This document shows positions 47,201 through 59,700 of a DNA stretch of 63,853 bases, piece after piece; the stretch's first letter is position 1; the number at the start of each line of letters is the position of its first letter. The DNA lies in assembly GCA_013239625.1 (NCBI GenBank), contig MU053758.1, positions 2,852,001 to 2,915,853 of the forward strand. Reading direction: 5' to 3'. Below the pieces are notes generated by a model that saw nothing but the letters and a program-made list of their open reading frames with translations, was not told the DNA's origin and searched no databases. The DNA is from Lama guanicoe (Eukaryota). Both the position numbers and the translations under genes were made by a program.

Positions 47201-50200
47201 ACGCCAGAGGGCACACTTATAACACTGACTACCTGGAAAGTGCAGGCATTGGGCTGGGGTAGTTTGGAGGGAAGGGGAAAAAAAAACTTCAGTTTGATTG
47301 TTTTGGGAGATTGTTGTACTTTCATAACTCGAGCAAATTCTTGGCATGCAAACTATGTGCGATATGCATGGTCTGAGAGCCAGTGTCTGAGACTGCTGCT
47401 CCCTGGGCTCTTCCGTCTCCCCCTGCCTTTCTGACATGGCCTGAGTTTGGGAACTTGATATGTGTACAAATGATCTGTTGGCCACTGTTTCATTCATGCT
47501 GCCCACTGTATCCTTGCAATGTGATCTGAGCTACAGCAGGTGGTACGGGATGGGAGAAAGACATGGAGAGAGCCCTCTGAAATGAACACTACCCACTGGT
47601 GTGTGTGCAGCAGAGCGGAGTCTGTAGACAGGAGTCTGAATGACTCACCCTCACACGCCTTTATTAGTGCATTCATTCCCTCTGAGAGCAATTTGCGAGT
47701 GGAGAACACAGCCCTATACCTCGAAGCTCGGAGTGTGTTCAGGGCTATAAGGGTTAATAAGCATAATTGCAGAGATTGTCCGAAGGCTGATGGAAAGCAG
47801 AGACTGAACGGGATTGAGAACAGNNNNNNNNNNNNNNNNNNNNNNNNNNNNNNNNNNNNNNNNNNNNNNNNNNNNNNNNNNNNNNNNNNNNNNNNNNNNN
47901 NNNNNNNNNNNNNNNNNNNNNNNNNNNNNNNNNNNNNNNNNNNNNNNNNNNNNNNNNNNNNNNCTCCCCACCTTGTTGTGTTTGAGGCTTGGCGCCTTCC
48001 TCTAAACTGCAGGGCTGGAGTCAGGAACATGGCTTGACTCGCAGTGGGGCTGCTATGTATCCTCCACGGCTCTGGGCCAAGATCGCATTTGCAGAGTCAA
48101 AGGGGCCAAATTTCTTCCCCCTCTACCTCCTTTCTCTCCCTTTCCCCTGGTATTTGGAAATCGGGTTTTCTGTGTACTTTGTTAGTTTCCTTTCCTTCGG
48201 TTCTCCCCCCACTGTCAATTTCTAGGTCATCGCTGCTCTTAAGACTTCAGCAGTTGGAACAGGGTTGGTTCTGTCAATGATGCGTGAAGCAGACTTAGAG
48301 TCCCTGCTTGGCTTCCGCTGCCCTTGTGGGAGCAAAAGCTGATGTATGTTTGTCAGTGAAGTCTTAAGTGTAATTCAGACAGCCAGGGAGCAGACTGAGA
48401 GGAGGAAGAAAGTCCTTTTCTCGCTGAAGCTGTGAGCTCTGGGAAGGTGGTGGGATTTCTAGGGGGCTGGGCTGGGCTTGTGGTTACTAGTTTTTGCCAG
48501 GAGCCTAGGCTGTTTCACACGGAGTAGTGGCAGAGATGCTGACCTACATTCTTCCTCTTGAAGGTGGTGGGGTGTGTGTCTGTATCCTGGCTTATTTATT
48601 TTTCTTCAGAGAAGCAAATTAAGCATCCATAGTGTTGGTAGGTATTGCCATGGAAAGCACAGAGACACAATAAAATTGGTGTGGGTTGCAACCCCAGAGT
48701 TGCCACTGACATTTCTAGCTCAGTGAAGACCTGCCTGTGGCTGGGTAACTGGCGAAAGAGTGTGAGGTCCCCGCGCCCAGAGATCCAGAAAGCCGCCAGA
48801 GCTCTCTCTCCCCTCTCACTGCTCCTTGCCTCTATTAAATGCTCTTTTAAGAAATACCAGTAAGAACTGGGAAGTAGGAATGAGATATGACTTGGGGCTT
48901 CTTAAAAATATCTGTGGAGACGTGTTATCTTGACTACTGTGGGAGACCAAAAGAGAGAGCCAAAATGGAAATATTATTTACCTCGGTATCTGTGCCTGGG
49001 ACCTGGGAGGTATTCAATAAACAACTGTTGAACGAACAGATAGGTGACCAGGTGAGATGCCGCCTCTCCCTCCATCCTGCGGACGGTTCTAATCTGGAGG
49101 TAGCATGCTGGTGCTTTTGCACTGAGGTGGAGCAGGCCACTGTAAAAGTTGCTCTCAAAAAAAAAAAATAAGTAAGTGGGGCACTCCATTTTACAACCTG
49201 TGTCAGCACAGCATTTATTGGCCTCACCTATGTTCCAATGGCTCCCTCTGATGTCCTGGTATTTTGCTTGAGGCAACTTCCATGTTGCTCCCAGGAAGCC
49301 TTGGCTTTGGGAAGACCGTCCTACCTACAGGGAAGAGAGGTGCCTGTCTGGAAGCTGTGCCTCTAGTTGGCAAAGGGCTAGGGAGGAACCCACCTTTTTA
49401 ACTTTTTAACTTTTGGGGAAAGATGTGATTTCAGGTTCCACCCCTATCATGTGCTCTCGATGATGCTGTCTTCTCAGAAGAGGTGGTTCTGTAGGGGGAG
49501 AAGGCATGCCCTCTGGCCTCCCTTGATTTTCAACCCCAGCTCCAAGGCGCTGGTGGTAGAAGCTAATTGGGTGCAAGGGGCCTGGGTAAAGGCTGTCTGA
49601 AGACTGGCGAAAGGAGAGAGCCAGCTCCTTTTTAAGAAAGCTCTAATTGAGTTCTGAATCAGCCTCTCTGCCTTTGATCCCGCCTCTGTTTCCCACACTG
49701 CCTGAAAGCGCTAGATCAGCACTTTATAACAAGGGTGCGCCTGCTCCCCACACCCGCCCCCNNNNNNNNNNNNNNNNNNNNNNNNNNNNNNNNNNNNNNN
49801 NNNNNNNNNNNNNNNNNNNNNNNNNNNNNNNNNNNNNNNNNNNNNNNNNNNNNNNNNNNNNNNNNNNNNNNNNNNNNNNNNNNNNNNNNNNNNTCCCTAG
49901 TTTGGGGCCCAGCCAAAACTCAAGCTGAAAGCAAAGCTCGAGTAAGACTTGGCCCTAGGGTGTGGGGGTTTCTGGGCCTAGATCCAGCTGACTTCACTGC
50001 CTGCTGTTTGCCCTAAATTCCCCCACCTCCACCCTCTCACCCCCACACTCCTTTCTTTCCTCTCATCTCTCTCCCAATAGGAAAAAGGAGCATTGCTTCA
50101 ACCGTATTTTCAGCTGGTAATTTGGCCTTTGGTGTGGTGCCCCCCACCCCAGAGTCAGCTGCAAGGTCGGGCTAGGGCAGCCCCTCCAGCCTGGGCCTGG

Positions 50201-51639
50201 AGAAGCTGTGGGTTCACAGCAGGGGGTGAAAAAAAGCTGGAGTTAATGAAGACCAGCTGCTAGTCTGGGTTCTGCCCACAGTTCGCTGCCTTTGGTGGTG
50301 GTTAGAGGTACGAGGGTGCGTGACCTCCATCCCTGGGCACAGGGATATCCTGTGGCAGCTGAGGCTTGCGCTGCTCTCTGAGCCAGGCTTTATCCTGAGG
50401 TTGTAATACAGGAGTCTGTTTCCCTCTTCCCCTGATCCTCCCCTCCCCAAATGACACTCAGCCCTTACTGAGCTTTATAACTGTAGTGGTGGCCCAGCTG
50501 AGATCTGAAGATCTCCAAGCTCTTCTGTAAACACTCATTAACTGCCTGGGAAGAACCGAGAGCCCTGTTTAACAGCTGGGAGAGAACTGAGGCACATTAG
50601 GGTGAAAGGCTTGACCTGAACTTACCCCATGGACTCCACTGTGGGGCCCTCCAACCTTGCCATCCAGCTCCTTTCCCCAGTTCCTTCCAGACAGAGACAG
50701 AGGTGGAGGCCATGCTGCTGCCCTCTCCCCTTCTAGGAAGGGGCCATCTCTCTCCCTTTCCTTGATTCTGTCCCTGACTTCCCCTGGCCCTTCACCCCAT
50801 GACATTTTCCCTGCTCTGCTGCTGGAGATATGTGCAACCCTCCTTGCAAAATGTTCTCAGCCCAGCCCTCTGCAGCCTTCCCATCCACCCTTCCCTGGCC
50901 CACCTGGCCCACCAACCCTGAGCTCTCCCTTTTGGGCTACTGAGAAGGCGGGCTTTCCTAAACTGGGTCTGCAACACTGAAGTTGATCTAATTGTGCTAA
51001 GAGGTCCCCTGCCCCCTATATTTATCCTAAATGGTGCCTGGAAAAATACTCTTTCTATGACTTGTTCATTCAAGTTTCAGGATCCTCTTAAAGGCTGGGT
51101 CAGGGTGCAAGTTGACCCCGAGGTTCTGCATCCCCTTCTTTCACTGACAATTGCCTTTTCTCCTAATGGATGAAGCCCAACTTCCCCCAGCCCCACCCGC
51201 TTATCCTCTCACCTGTCTATCTGCACACCTCAACACACTCCCAGATACACATGCCTCAGTCTGAGGGTATAAAACTACCAGTTTCCAACTGCTATCCAAG
51301 TCGTACTGCCCTTTTTACTTGCTGGAAATCAGGTGGGGGTTTTTTTTCCCCCTATCCTCCTGACTGGCCGCCTAGGCATTTAGGAATAGTGGGGAGTGAT
51401 GGGGGAGACTGTGCTCTATCTATGAGGGAGAGGGTACAAGTGAGCTCCTGTCCAAAATGAATGCCCTCTTCCCAAATTCTCAATAGCTAGGCTGCTCAGG
51501 AGCGGTAGGGAAAGTGACCTTCACCCCACCTTCAGTACTAAAGCCCAAATCCATCTGTTTCCGGCAGGCAGAAGAAATATCTTTTTTCTCCTGTCCCATA
51601 ATATCCTCAGCTAAAATCATCCATGTGCTGTGGATTTGA

Positions 51640-52340
51640 GACTGGGGACTGTTGATGTCTCCAGCCCATGACTCAGACCCCGTCTCTCTTCCAGTGAGTT
51701 CTTTCTGCCGCATCCGTTTAGCTCTGCACCCNNNNNNNNNNNNNNNNNNNNNNNNNNNNNNNNNNNNNNNNNNNNNNNNNNNNNNNNNNNNNNNNNNNNN
51801 NNNNNNNNNNNNNNNNNNNNNNNNNNNNNNNNNNNNNNNNNNNNNNNNNNNNNNNNNNNNNNNNNNNNNNNNNNNNNNNTCTCCTGGGAACCCCGTCGCC
51901 CCCCGCCAGCACGCACCTGAGCAGGTAGGACCACGCACACCCCTTCCCAATCCTCCCTCTGCCGGCCTTCCGCCTGGCCTCTCCGCTTCCGATCTGGTCG
52001 TTTCCCTCTCGGCAGTTCAGGCTTTCCCCGTCCCTCCTCCCCCACAGCTCGCTGTAGTCCTGGGAGGTGGGAGCCTGGGAACGGTGGGGTGTCTGAAAGC
52101 TCAGAGCCCCTGCACCCTCCGGCGCCCTGGCTGCACTTCCCCAGAGGCATTCCCGTTCTCCAGCTAAGGATGGAAACTGGGGGAAGGTCTGCCCAGGCCC
52201 CAGCCCCTGCACCCTCCTTTGCAGTATTGCCCAATACCCCTTCCCCCACCTCACCTCGAGGGGAGAATCGGCAGCGCTGGGGTAACTGGGGGGCGGGGAG
52301 CGGAGCCGGAGAGGGATCCGACACTCCCTGGGGGCTTCCT
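51640..52340. promoter_or_regulatory. RARA: GC/CpG-rich RARA upstream promoter region
   Basis: Local CpG enrichment around the exon above. AP-1 motif TGACTCA at 51669. Confidence 0.55.
51880..51924 (+). other. RARA: RARA upstream non-coding first exon, visible 3' part (5' part and TSS fall in N run 51732-51879)
   Basis: TCTCCTGGGAACCCCGTCGCC...CACCTGAGCAG|GTAGGA matches my recollection of the human RARA 5'-most exon end. It has a good donor, a CpG-rich flank, and the expected position downstream of CDC6. Confidence 0.7.
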
Positions 52341-52579
52341 CTCTGGCTTCCTCTCTGCACCCCTAGCCTTAAGAGCTCAGGACTTTGCCCCTCACTCCTT
52401 ACTCACCTTGTAGAACCAGTGTCCCCTTCCGGGCTCATTGCACACTTGAGTGGCCAAAGGCTTTGCTGGAGGGTAGTGGCGGTCGTGTTTTTTGGTGACT
52501 TTTTCCTCTGGGGAAAGTTCTTTTAGGTTAGAGTCCCTGGCAACACTTAACATCTATTGAAAAGAGCCCTCTGGCCCAC

Positions 52580-52662
52580 TGTGTGTGTGTATGTGTGTGT
52601 GTGTGTGTGTGTGTCTGTATGTCTGTGTCTGTGGGGGTGTGTGTCTGTGTCTGTGTGTGTGT
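52580..52662. repeat. Imperfect (GT)n/(GTCT) simple repeat in RARA intron
   Basis: Seen directly in the sequence. Confidence 0.85.
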
Positions 52663-53339
52663 AGACCCTATAGTTGTAAGATCTATAAGCTTAGGATAGA
52701 GGTGGCTGCATGCACTGAAGGGGAGAGATCCCAGAGTATGGCCCAGGCCAGAAGAGACAGCCCAGATGGCTGGGGAAGGGGGTGTGGACCAGATCAGGGA
52801 GGCTGCCCAGCCATGCCAGCTCCCTGGGCTCCTTGGCTTTCAGAGCCTTGGACTCCTGGTGTTACCCAGAAGCTCCTGCCCTCCTGCAGGCGCTCGGGGA
52901 GGGGGTTGGATGGTACCTACTGTTTACAGTGACTTTTTCCTCCCTCTCTTGGGGGGCTGACAGGCCTTGTTCTCTGAAGATCTAGGGCATCTCATTCTGG
53001 TCTGGTGGGTTTGCAGGAAGGGTGAATGACTTGTCTGGGTAGACATGTGCGTAAGTGTATGTGTGGCCTTTGCCTCTGGGTGTAGGAGATCAGGAAGGGG
53101 AGCGATGGAGGAGATGGGTCACACTTTAGGGAACCCCTCTAGCTCTCTGTCTGGTAGGAGGCACATGTCCATCTGGTAACTCTGTCTGGGTAAGGGGTGT
53201 GCTCTGTATTCCTCCATGACAACCCCAGATCCCCTGAGGGTCGGTTTTGGAGGAAGGGGTGGATAATGGAGTGACTTCGGACTTAGTTTTGCTCTTGATG
53301 CCAGAAGGAAAGTAAATTCTGAGTGTAAGTCATGGACTG

Positions 53340-53530
53340 AAAATCAGAGGCCTGAATTTGAAACTCAGTTGGGTCATTTAACTATGTGCATTTATACAGG
53401 TCTCTAAGCCTCCAGTTTCTTCATTTATAAAAACGGCTATTGCTATTAACAAGCCCCGCTTGCCTGATAGCGATATGGCCATAAAGACCCCATAAGACAA
53501 TGTATCCTAAAGCTGATGCAAATGGTAGTA
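53340..53530 (+). mobile_element. MIR
   Basis: CTCTAAGCCTCCAGTTTCTTCATTTATAAAA MIR core. Confidence 0.55.
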
Positions 53531-56500
53531 ACGGCGGGGGTGGGGGAGGGTTCTGGGATGGGATTCTCTTTCTAATCTAGGTCATCTCTCTGCCTTGTTT
53601 CCTTCCCCCATCCTTGCCCATCGGGGGATGGAGGAGCCAGGCGGGGCTTTCGCCCCAGTGGCTGCAGAATTCCCCTAATGCAGGCTGTACCTCCTGCTAG
53701 AGAGCTGGCCACCAGGCTTTTCTTCCTCTGGGGCTCCCCACTTTCTCCCCTGAGCCCTGTCTCCACCTTCCTTCTGCCATTCGTGCTCAGCGTCCTTGTC
53801 CCTGTCTCTCCCCTGCCCAGTGGCCTCCTTGTCCGGCTCACTGGGCAGGAGCCCTAATCGGATTCGACAGCTGAGATATGTGTGGCGGCTGAGAGCAGGC
53901 GGGAGGGAAGCCAGTGGGAGGATGGTATGAGGGCTGCCCCTGGCACTGCCCAGGCCTCCCAGGCACCACCGTGGGCCTGCTGACTCCCGGCTTGGCTTGG
54001 CCCCAGGGAAGGGGTGCCAGAGGAAGCTCAGGAACGAACAGGCTGGGGTCCAGAGAGAAGGGCAGCGGGGAACACACCTAGGATCCCAGGACCTCTTTGG
54101 ACTTTAGTGCCCTTAACATCAGCGTTTCGGATTCTGACCGGGCGGAGAAGACAGCAGGTGAGAGCCAGGCTAGCCTGGTCCCCTCCTCCCCTCCCCATCC
54201 CCACAGCTCCACTTTCTTCTCTCTTCTTGTTATAGATATGTGTTCACTTTCCCCATCCAGCCCCTCTGGCCAGTTCCTCCTTAAGGGTCACGTCTGGGAG
54301 CTGCTGGGGGGCCCTGTGTGTCTGCTTCACTCCGGGCTGTTTCCTCCCCTCCAAGGTATTTTTCTCTCTCACTCTCTGGGCTGGGCGCCAGGACTCCTGG
54401 GTTTCCCGCCTGTCTCCTGGTGCAGGGCTGCCCTGCAGGCCTCCAGAGAGTGGCTAAGCTGGTTTCCTTCCTCCTGTGCGCGGAGAGGGCCTTCTCCCAG
54501 GGCTGGGAGGTGTCAAGAATCCAAGGTGGGATGGGGTGGGGGTGCTGTTGCCCATGGCACCACAGTACCCCGGCTCCTCCCTCCCAGCCTCTGACTCAGC
54601 TTGGGGGCAGCATATGCCCAGCCTGGCAGGCATGGCTGGTTCTTGCCTGTAGGCCTCCATCTTTACATGTGGGAGCCAAGGTCTTCTCTCCTTTTTAGCT
54701 TTTTTTTTTTTTCCCATGGAATCTGGGGGTGGCTATCGAAACCCCAGTGTCTGCACCCATACATTTTGGGGAGCAGGGGATTAGCATAGTTGAGGCTGGG
54801 GCACTTTTGTCTTCCTTCCAGCTCGGCCTGGGATGAAGAAAACCAGCACAAACTTCCCCANNNNNNNNNNNNNNNNNNNNNNNNNNNNNNNNNNNNNNNN
54901 NNNNNNNNNNNNNNNNNNNNNNNNNNNNNNNNNNNNNNNNNNNNNNNNNNNNNNNNNNNNNNNNNNNNNNNNNNNNNNNNNNNNNNNNNNNNTCCTCCTC
55001 CCGCAGGGCAAGGACAGCTCTCTGATTGTAGGCACTTATGGGCAGGCCTCCCCCTAGGGAAGGGGTGTGTGATGCCCCCGAGATGGCCAAGTTGGCACTC
55101 AGCCCCAGGCTGGAGTGCTGGACATGGTTTGGAGCTGGGAGTTTGTAGGGNNNNNNNNNNNNNNNNNNNNNNNNNNNNNNNNNNNNNNNNNNNNNNNNNN
55201 NNNNNNNNNNNNNNNNNNNNNNNNNNNNNNNNNNNNNNNNNNNNNNNNNNNNNNNNNNNNNNNNNNNNNNNNNNNNNNNNNNNNNNNNNNNNNNNNNNNN
55301 NNNNNNNNNNNNNNNNNNNNNNNNNNNNNNGAGGGAGGGCCAGAGGGGCAGCAGTGAGAGCAAGGAGGCGTGGTGGGCAGGGGTAGGACCTTTCGGAGAG
55401 GCCAGGACCCAGGTAGATGGGCTGGGCTGGATGGAGGCGTCCAGGGGACCCCTGGCTCTCTCTGTCCAACTAGACTCAGAACCGGAAGACACTTTAGAGG
55501 CACCTGGACCATCCCTCCCTCTTACAGAGGGGGGAACAGGGGATGGGACTTGCCCTAGGATGCTCAGCCAGTCTTGTGTGCAGTGGAACCCCAACCCAGG
55601 CCCCTTGCACCGTTTTTCTCTTGTCACGGTCCCTCCCCACACCTGGTTGTGCTCCCTCCCCTCCTGCAGCAAGGACCTAGGCCAGGCGCCTGGTCTGTTT
55701 CCCTCTTGGCTTGTTTGCTCAGGGTCTCCGGTAAACCCCAGACTGGTTTGTTTATAAGTCTCCACCATGTGGAGAGAGTCTGTGTCCAGGCTGGAAGGAG
55801 GTCAGGGCTGGGGTTTGTTTAGGTGGCCTGTGGCCACTGGTGTGAATCAAGGTGCTGGGCAGTTTCCAACAGTCCCACAGGCTGGCGAGCCGGGGGCTTG
55901 GAGACACCTTAGGGAAGGGTCATCTGGTCTAACTTCATTTTAGAGACCCAGAGAGGGCCAGGGATGTGCCCACAGTCCCAGGATGAGTTAGGGACAGACC
56001 AAGGTCTAGGATGCAGGTTTCCAGACTCTCCAGAGCCCATTGTGAGCCCCCATCTTGCCATGCCTGGGTCATAGTGGTTGTTTGCCAATCCTGACAGCAA
56101 AGGAAAGGGGGTAGGGCTGATGGCAGGAAGATTACCATTGGCCTCTAATCACAGTCAGAAGTGAGCCAGGCCTGGAGACAGGACAGCTGGTTGAGGCTGA
56201 GGCTGGGAAAGTTCAGTGGAGAAATGTGGTCCCTCTGAAACTCAGTCTCCTGCCTCAGCCTCATCCCCAGGGTCACAGGTTGCACAGCTGCAGGGTTGCC
56301 ATTCCATAGATCACGGTGTGAATGGCGCCCCCTGGAGTTGTTCAGGGCCCTGCTTGTGTAGCCTGTGTAGTGTCTGTCCCCCACCCTTTTGGAATCAGCT
56401 TCAGATCCAGCTGGAAGGAGGTGTCCCAGACGGGCTTTCATCCAACACCCACTCCCCACCCTGCCTCCTGCCACTCAGTGTCTCTGATTCCACCTCCTCC

Positions 56501-57869
56501 CCACCAAGCGGGTCTCACTGGGCCACAAACTGTGGCGCAGGGGCCCCTCCCCCGCCTCTGCTCAGTTTCTATGTCTCTAGGGGGCTGATTTATCATCCAC
56601 TCCCCCCATCAGGCTTGCTGCAGAGTATGAGAAATCAATAGTGCAAATGGATTGAGGTTGTTCAGCCTGTCGGCTTCCCTTGGGCCCCATCAACTCTCCT
56701 AGGACTTGGGGAGTTACTCAGTCCCCTTCTGGCTCAACAGACGCAGAGATATACACAGCTAGTGGTTGCAGTCTGGACACTGAGCACAGGAATTATTCTT
56801 TCTGTCTGTTTCTGTCTTCCCTCTCATGCTTTCTCTCTCTCTCATATACTGGGCTGGTCTTAGCATGACAAATACCCTTGAACATTTATTTTCTAGCTTG
56901 GGTGGAGTGGAGGTGGAGGGGCTTAAAGGGCAGTCTGCTGCCAGCCAGAGGTGGGAGGGGAGCAGGTGGGTGAGGGAGGCTGTGCCCAGGGAGGAGGACT
57001 AGCTGGGGAAGGGATTGGGTGACAGCCCTTCCCCATAAGCCCCTGGTAATTCAATCCCAGCACCCCACCCTCTCGATTCCCCTCCTGCCCAACAACTTCA
57101 GCGGCTGTTGGCAGAAGCAGGGCTGGCAGAAGTGTGTATGAGTGCATGTGTGCGTGGAGGGGGTGAGAGGGGCTGTGGGGGCAGGAGGTGCTGCCAAGAC
57201 ATGTTAAAGGAGACTCACAGCCTGGGTACAACTTGGGTGGCAGGAGGAGGCAGGGCTGATGATGGGAGAGTGGGTGGTGAGTGATGGGCAAGGGACAGGC
57301 TGCAGAGGGACAGGGCAGCCCAGGGGTCTCACAAAGCTTGTCTGCCCTGGAGCAGGGCCTGGCGTGGTGGGGTTGGGCACGAGTGAGTGGGCAGGGGCGG
57401 CAGGTACAGCCATGGCTTGCCCCAGAATGCCTGTTCTTCACCAGGGGTGCATATTATCATGGAGGGCACTGCCTGCCCCTGTCCCCAATCCCTGGGCTGT
57501 GCTTGCTGGGTATCACAGTCTCGGTGACTAAGTCACTTCTGTCCTGGGGCTGGCAAGGTGCCAGTCTCAGCTCTTCTCGGTAGGTGAGTCACTGCCCTGG
57601 CATCTCCCCCGATGCAGCTGAGTCACTGGCCGTGCCTGCTGGGCAGGTGGGCACTGTGCTTGGGGTGGGGTTGGGGGCTACGTGTGTAGCCCCTAGCATC
57701 TTCTCTGATCTCTCTCTGGCATGTCCTGGCCTCACCCACAAATCTGCAGAGCCATGCAAGGCTGATGTTTCTTCCCTATGCTCTGTTGAGGGTGTTAAGA
57801 AAGAGGTCGCAGGGTACTGGGTGGAAATGTATCTGGTAGAGTAAATGGTGGGGGAGTGTGGAGGGGATG

Positions 57870-58000
57870 GTGGTTTGAAATCTTAGCTCTGCCACTGATA
57901 AGCTGTGTGACCTTGAGCAAGGCAATTCCCTTTTTTGAGCCTCAGTTTTGTCATCTGTATGCCAGCAGGAGCCCTGCCCCCATTACCCTTCAAGGACTGT
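57870..58000 (+). mobile_element. MIR
   Basis: GGTTTGAAATCTTAGCTCTGCCACTGATAAGCTGTGTGACCTTGAGCAAG...GAGCCTCAGTTTTGTCATCTGTA. Confidence 0.75.
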
Positions 58001-59129
58001 GAGAATCAGATGGGTGGGGCCATGAGGGGGCTTATGGGCGGAGCTTCTTTCGGGATGAGCTGGGCGGCTGGGGAGAGGAAGAGGCTTCAGCGGAGGTGGG
58101 TTCAGGTCCCAGCAGACGTCTCCACCCCACCTGCAACCAGATGGTTTGATGGGGGGCAGTGTTTCTCATCCTCTGTCCCAGTGACCCTGGAAGCTATTCT
58201 TGAGGAGTTCCCCGAGCGGGGTGTGAGAGGGAGGCCTTGTTTTGCTGGAAGTGTGGGCCCTCCTGGGGTGTCTCACAGCTATTTTGTATCTCCTTTGTCT
58301 GCCAGGGGCTGTCACGGGCCCTGCACCTATCAGGGCTCTCTCATATTTCCTCTAGTTGGAGAGGGATCCGAATTTTGGGAAACCAGCCGCTAGCTCCTCC
58401 CCCAGGCCCACTCCTGTCTGCAGGAGGGAAAGTGTAGGCCCCAAGAAGGGGTATCCTTTCTAAGGAGTGAGGAGCACCTAGAGCTGGGGCTTTTCTCCCT
58501 CTCCCAGTCTCCTGCTGCCTCCTGCGCTCTTCTCCCCTCTGGCATGAGGGTCCCTGGAGGGTGGGGGGGATGAGGACCCCATTGTGGGCCCAGCACAGCT
58601 GGAGTTCAGCTGGGCAGAGAGGGAGTGCTTAAAGGTGTGCAGGCTGTGTCCTTGTACACATGGGTGCCAGTCTTCTGTGCTGGAGTGTCTGACCCCCTGT
58701 GGGGAGCACGGTTGTGGGTGCATGAATTTTTTCCCTCATCTGCAAGGGGGCCCACTGCTACCTCTGTTCAGGAGTGTGCCCCGCCTTCTGCTTCATGACC
58801 TTGTGTGGGTCATGAATGCCTGTCTTGTATGTGTTTGTTCTGTGTGCTCATGGATACGTATACATGTGTACCCTGGGTATACACATGGGGTGTACACACG
58901 GGTGCTCTGAATGTGCATATATGGGTGTCAGGTGTGCATCTGCACACCTGAATCTCCATGTGCAGGCGTGTACCTGACTCCATGAGCTGGCAGGTAAGTG
59001 TTAAGGCCACCTTTCGTGGGAGGCAGTATACCTGTGTTTATGCACACTTACATTTTTGTGTCCATGCTTCTTCCCCTCTAGCCTCCGCTGGAAGGAAGAT
59101 TGATCGAATCTAGGCCAGGAGGAGCCTGT

Positions 59130-59700
59130 GCGGGCTAGGGGTGGCTGGCACTGAGTTCCCTCTCAGGCTGGTCCAGGCGGCGCCCCCTGCTGCTGGCTCG
59201 ACTCGAGCTGGAAGGCCTTTGGTGGAGGGGTTGGGGGGGAAGGGGTTAAGCGTTGGCGTCCACATCTGGGAGCCATTGGCGCATTCCTGCCCGCTGAGCG
59301 CATGTTTGCGGATGGATCTGGACGGGACGGGGCGGGAGGGGCTGGGCGGGCGGTTTGCACCGGCGAACGGAAATCCAGACGGGAGTGGGAGACTGCCCAG
59401 CCCCGCAGGCGGGAAGAGGCCTAGGGAAGCGCTGCCCCGGCGCCCTTCTCCTGCGCCGGACCTCAGGGCAGAGCGTCCCGCGGGCCGGGATTGTCCTACC
59501 TCACCAAGGCTGGGGACCTAAACCTGGAGAGAAACAATCAGAAACTTCAATTCTAGAGCCTTCCCTGCAACGTGCGATCGTGGACTGAACCCAGTGTCCA
59601 CTCCTAGCCTCGGGTTCCTCGCCTATAAAGCGGGGGCCGTCGGGCCGGCGGGTCTGAGATCTCCGCCAGCCGGGTCAAGCTGAGCTTCTCCTCACTGGGG
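59130..59700. promoter_or_regulatory. CpG-rich element in the RARA 5' region
   Basis: CpG-dense with GC boxes (GGGGCGGG near 59330) and a CTCF-like motif at 59178-59196. Confidence 0.5.
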
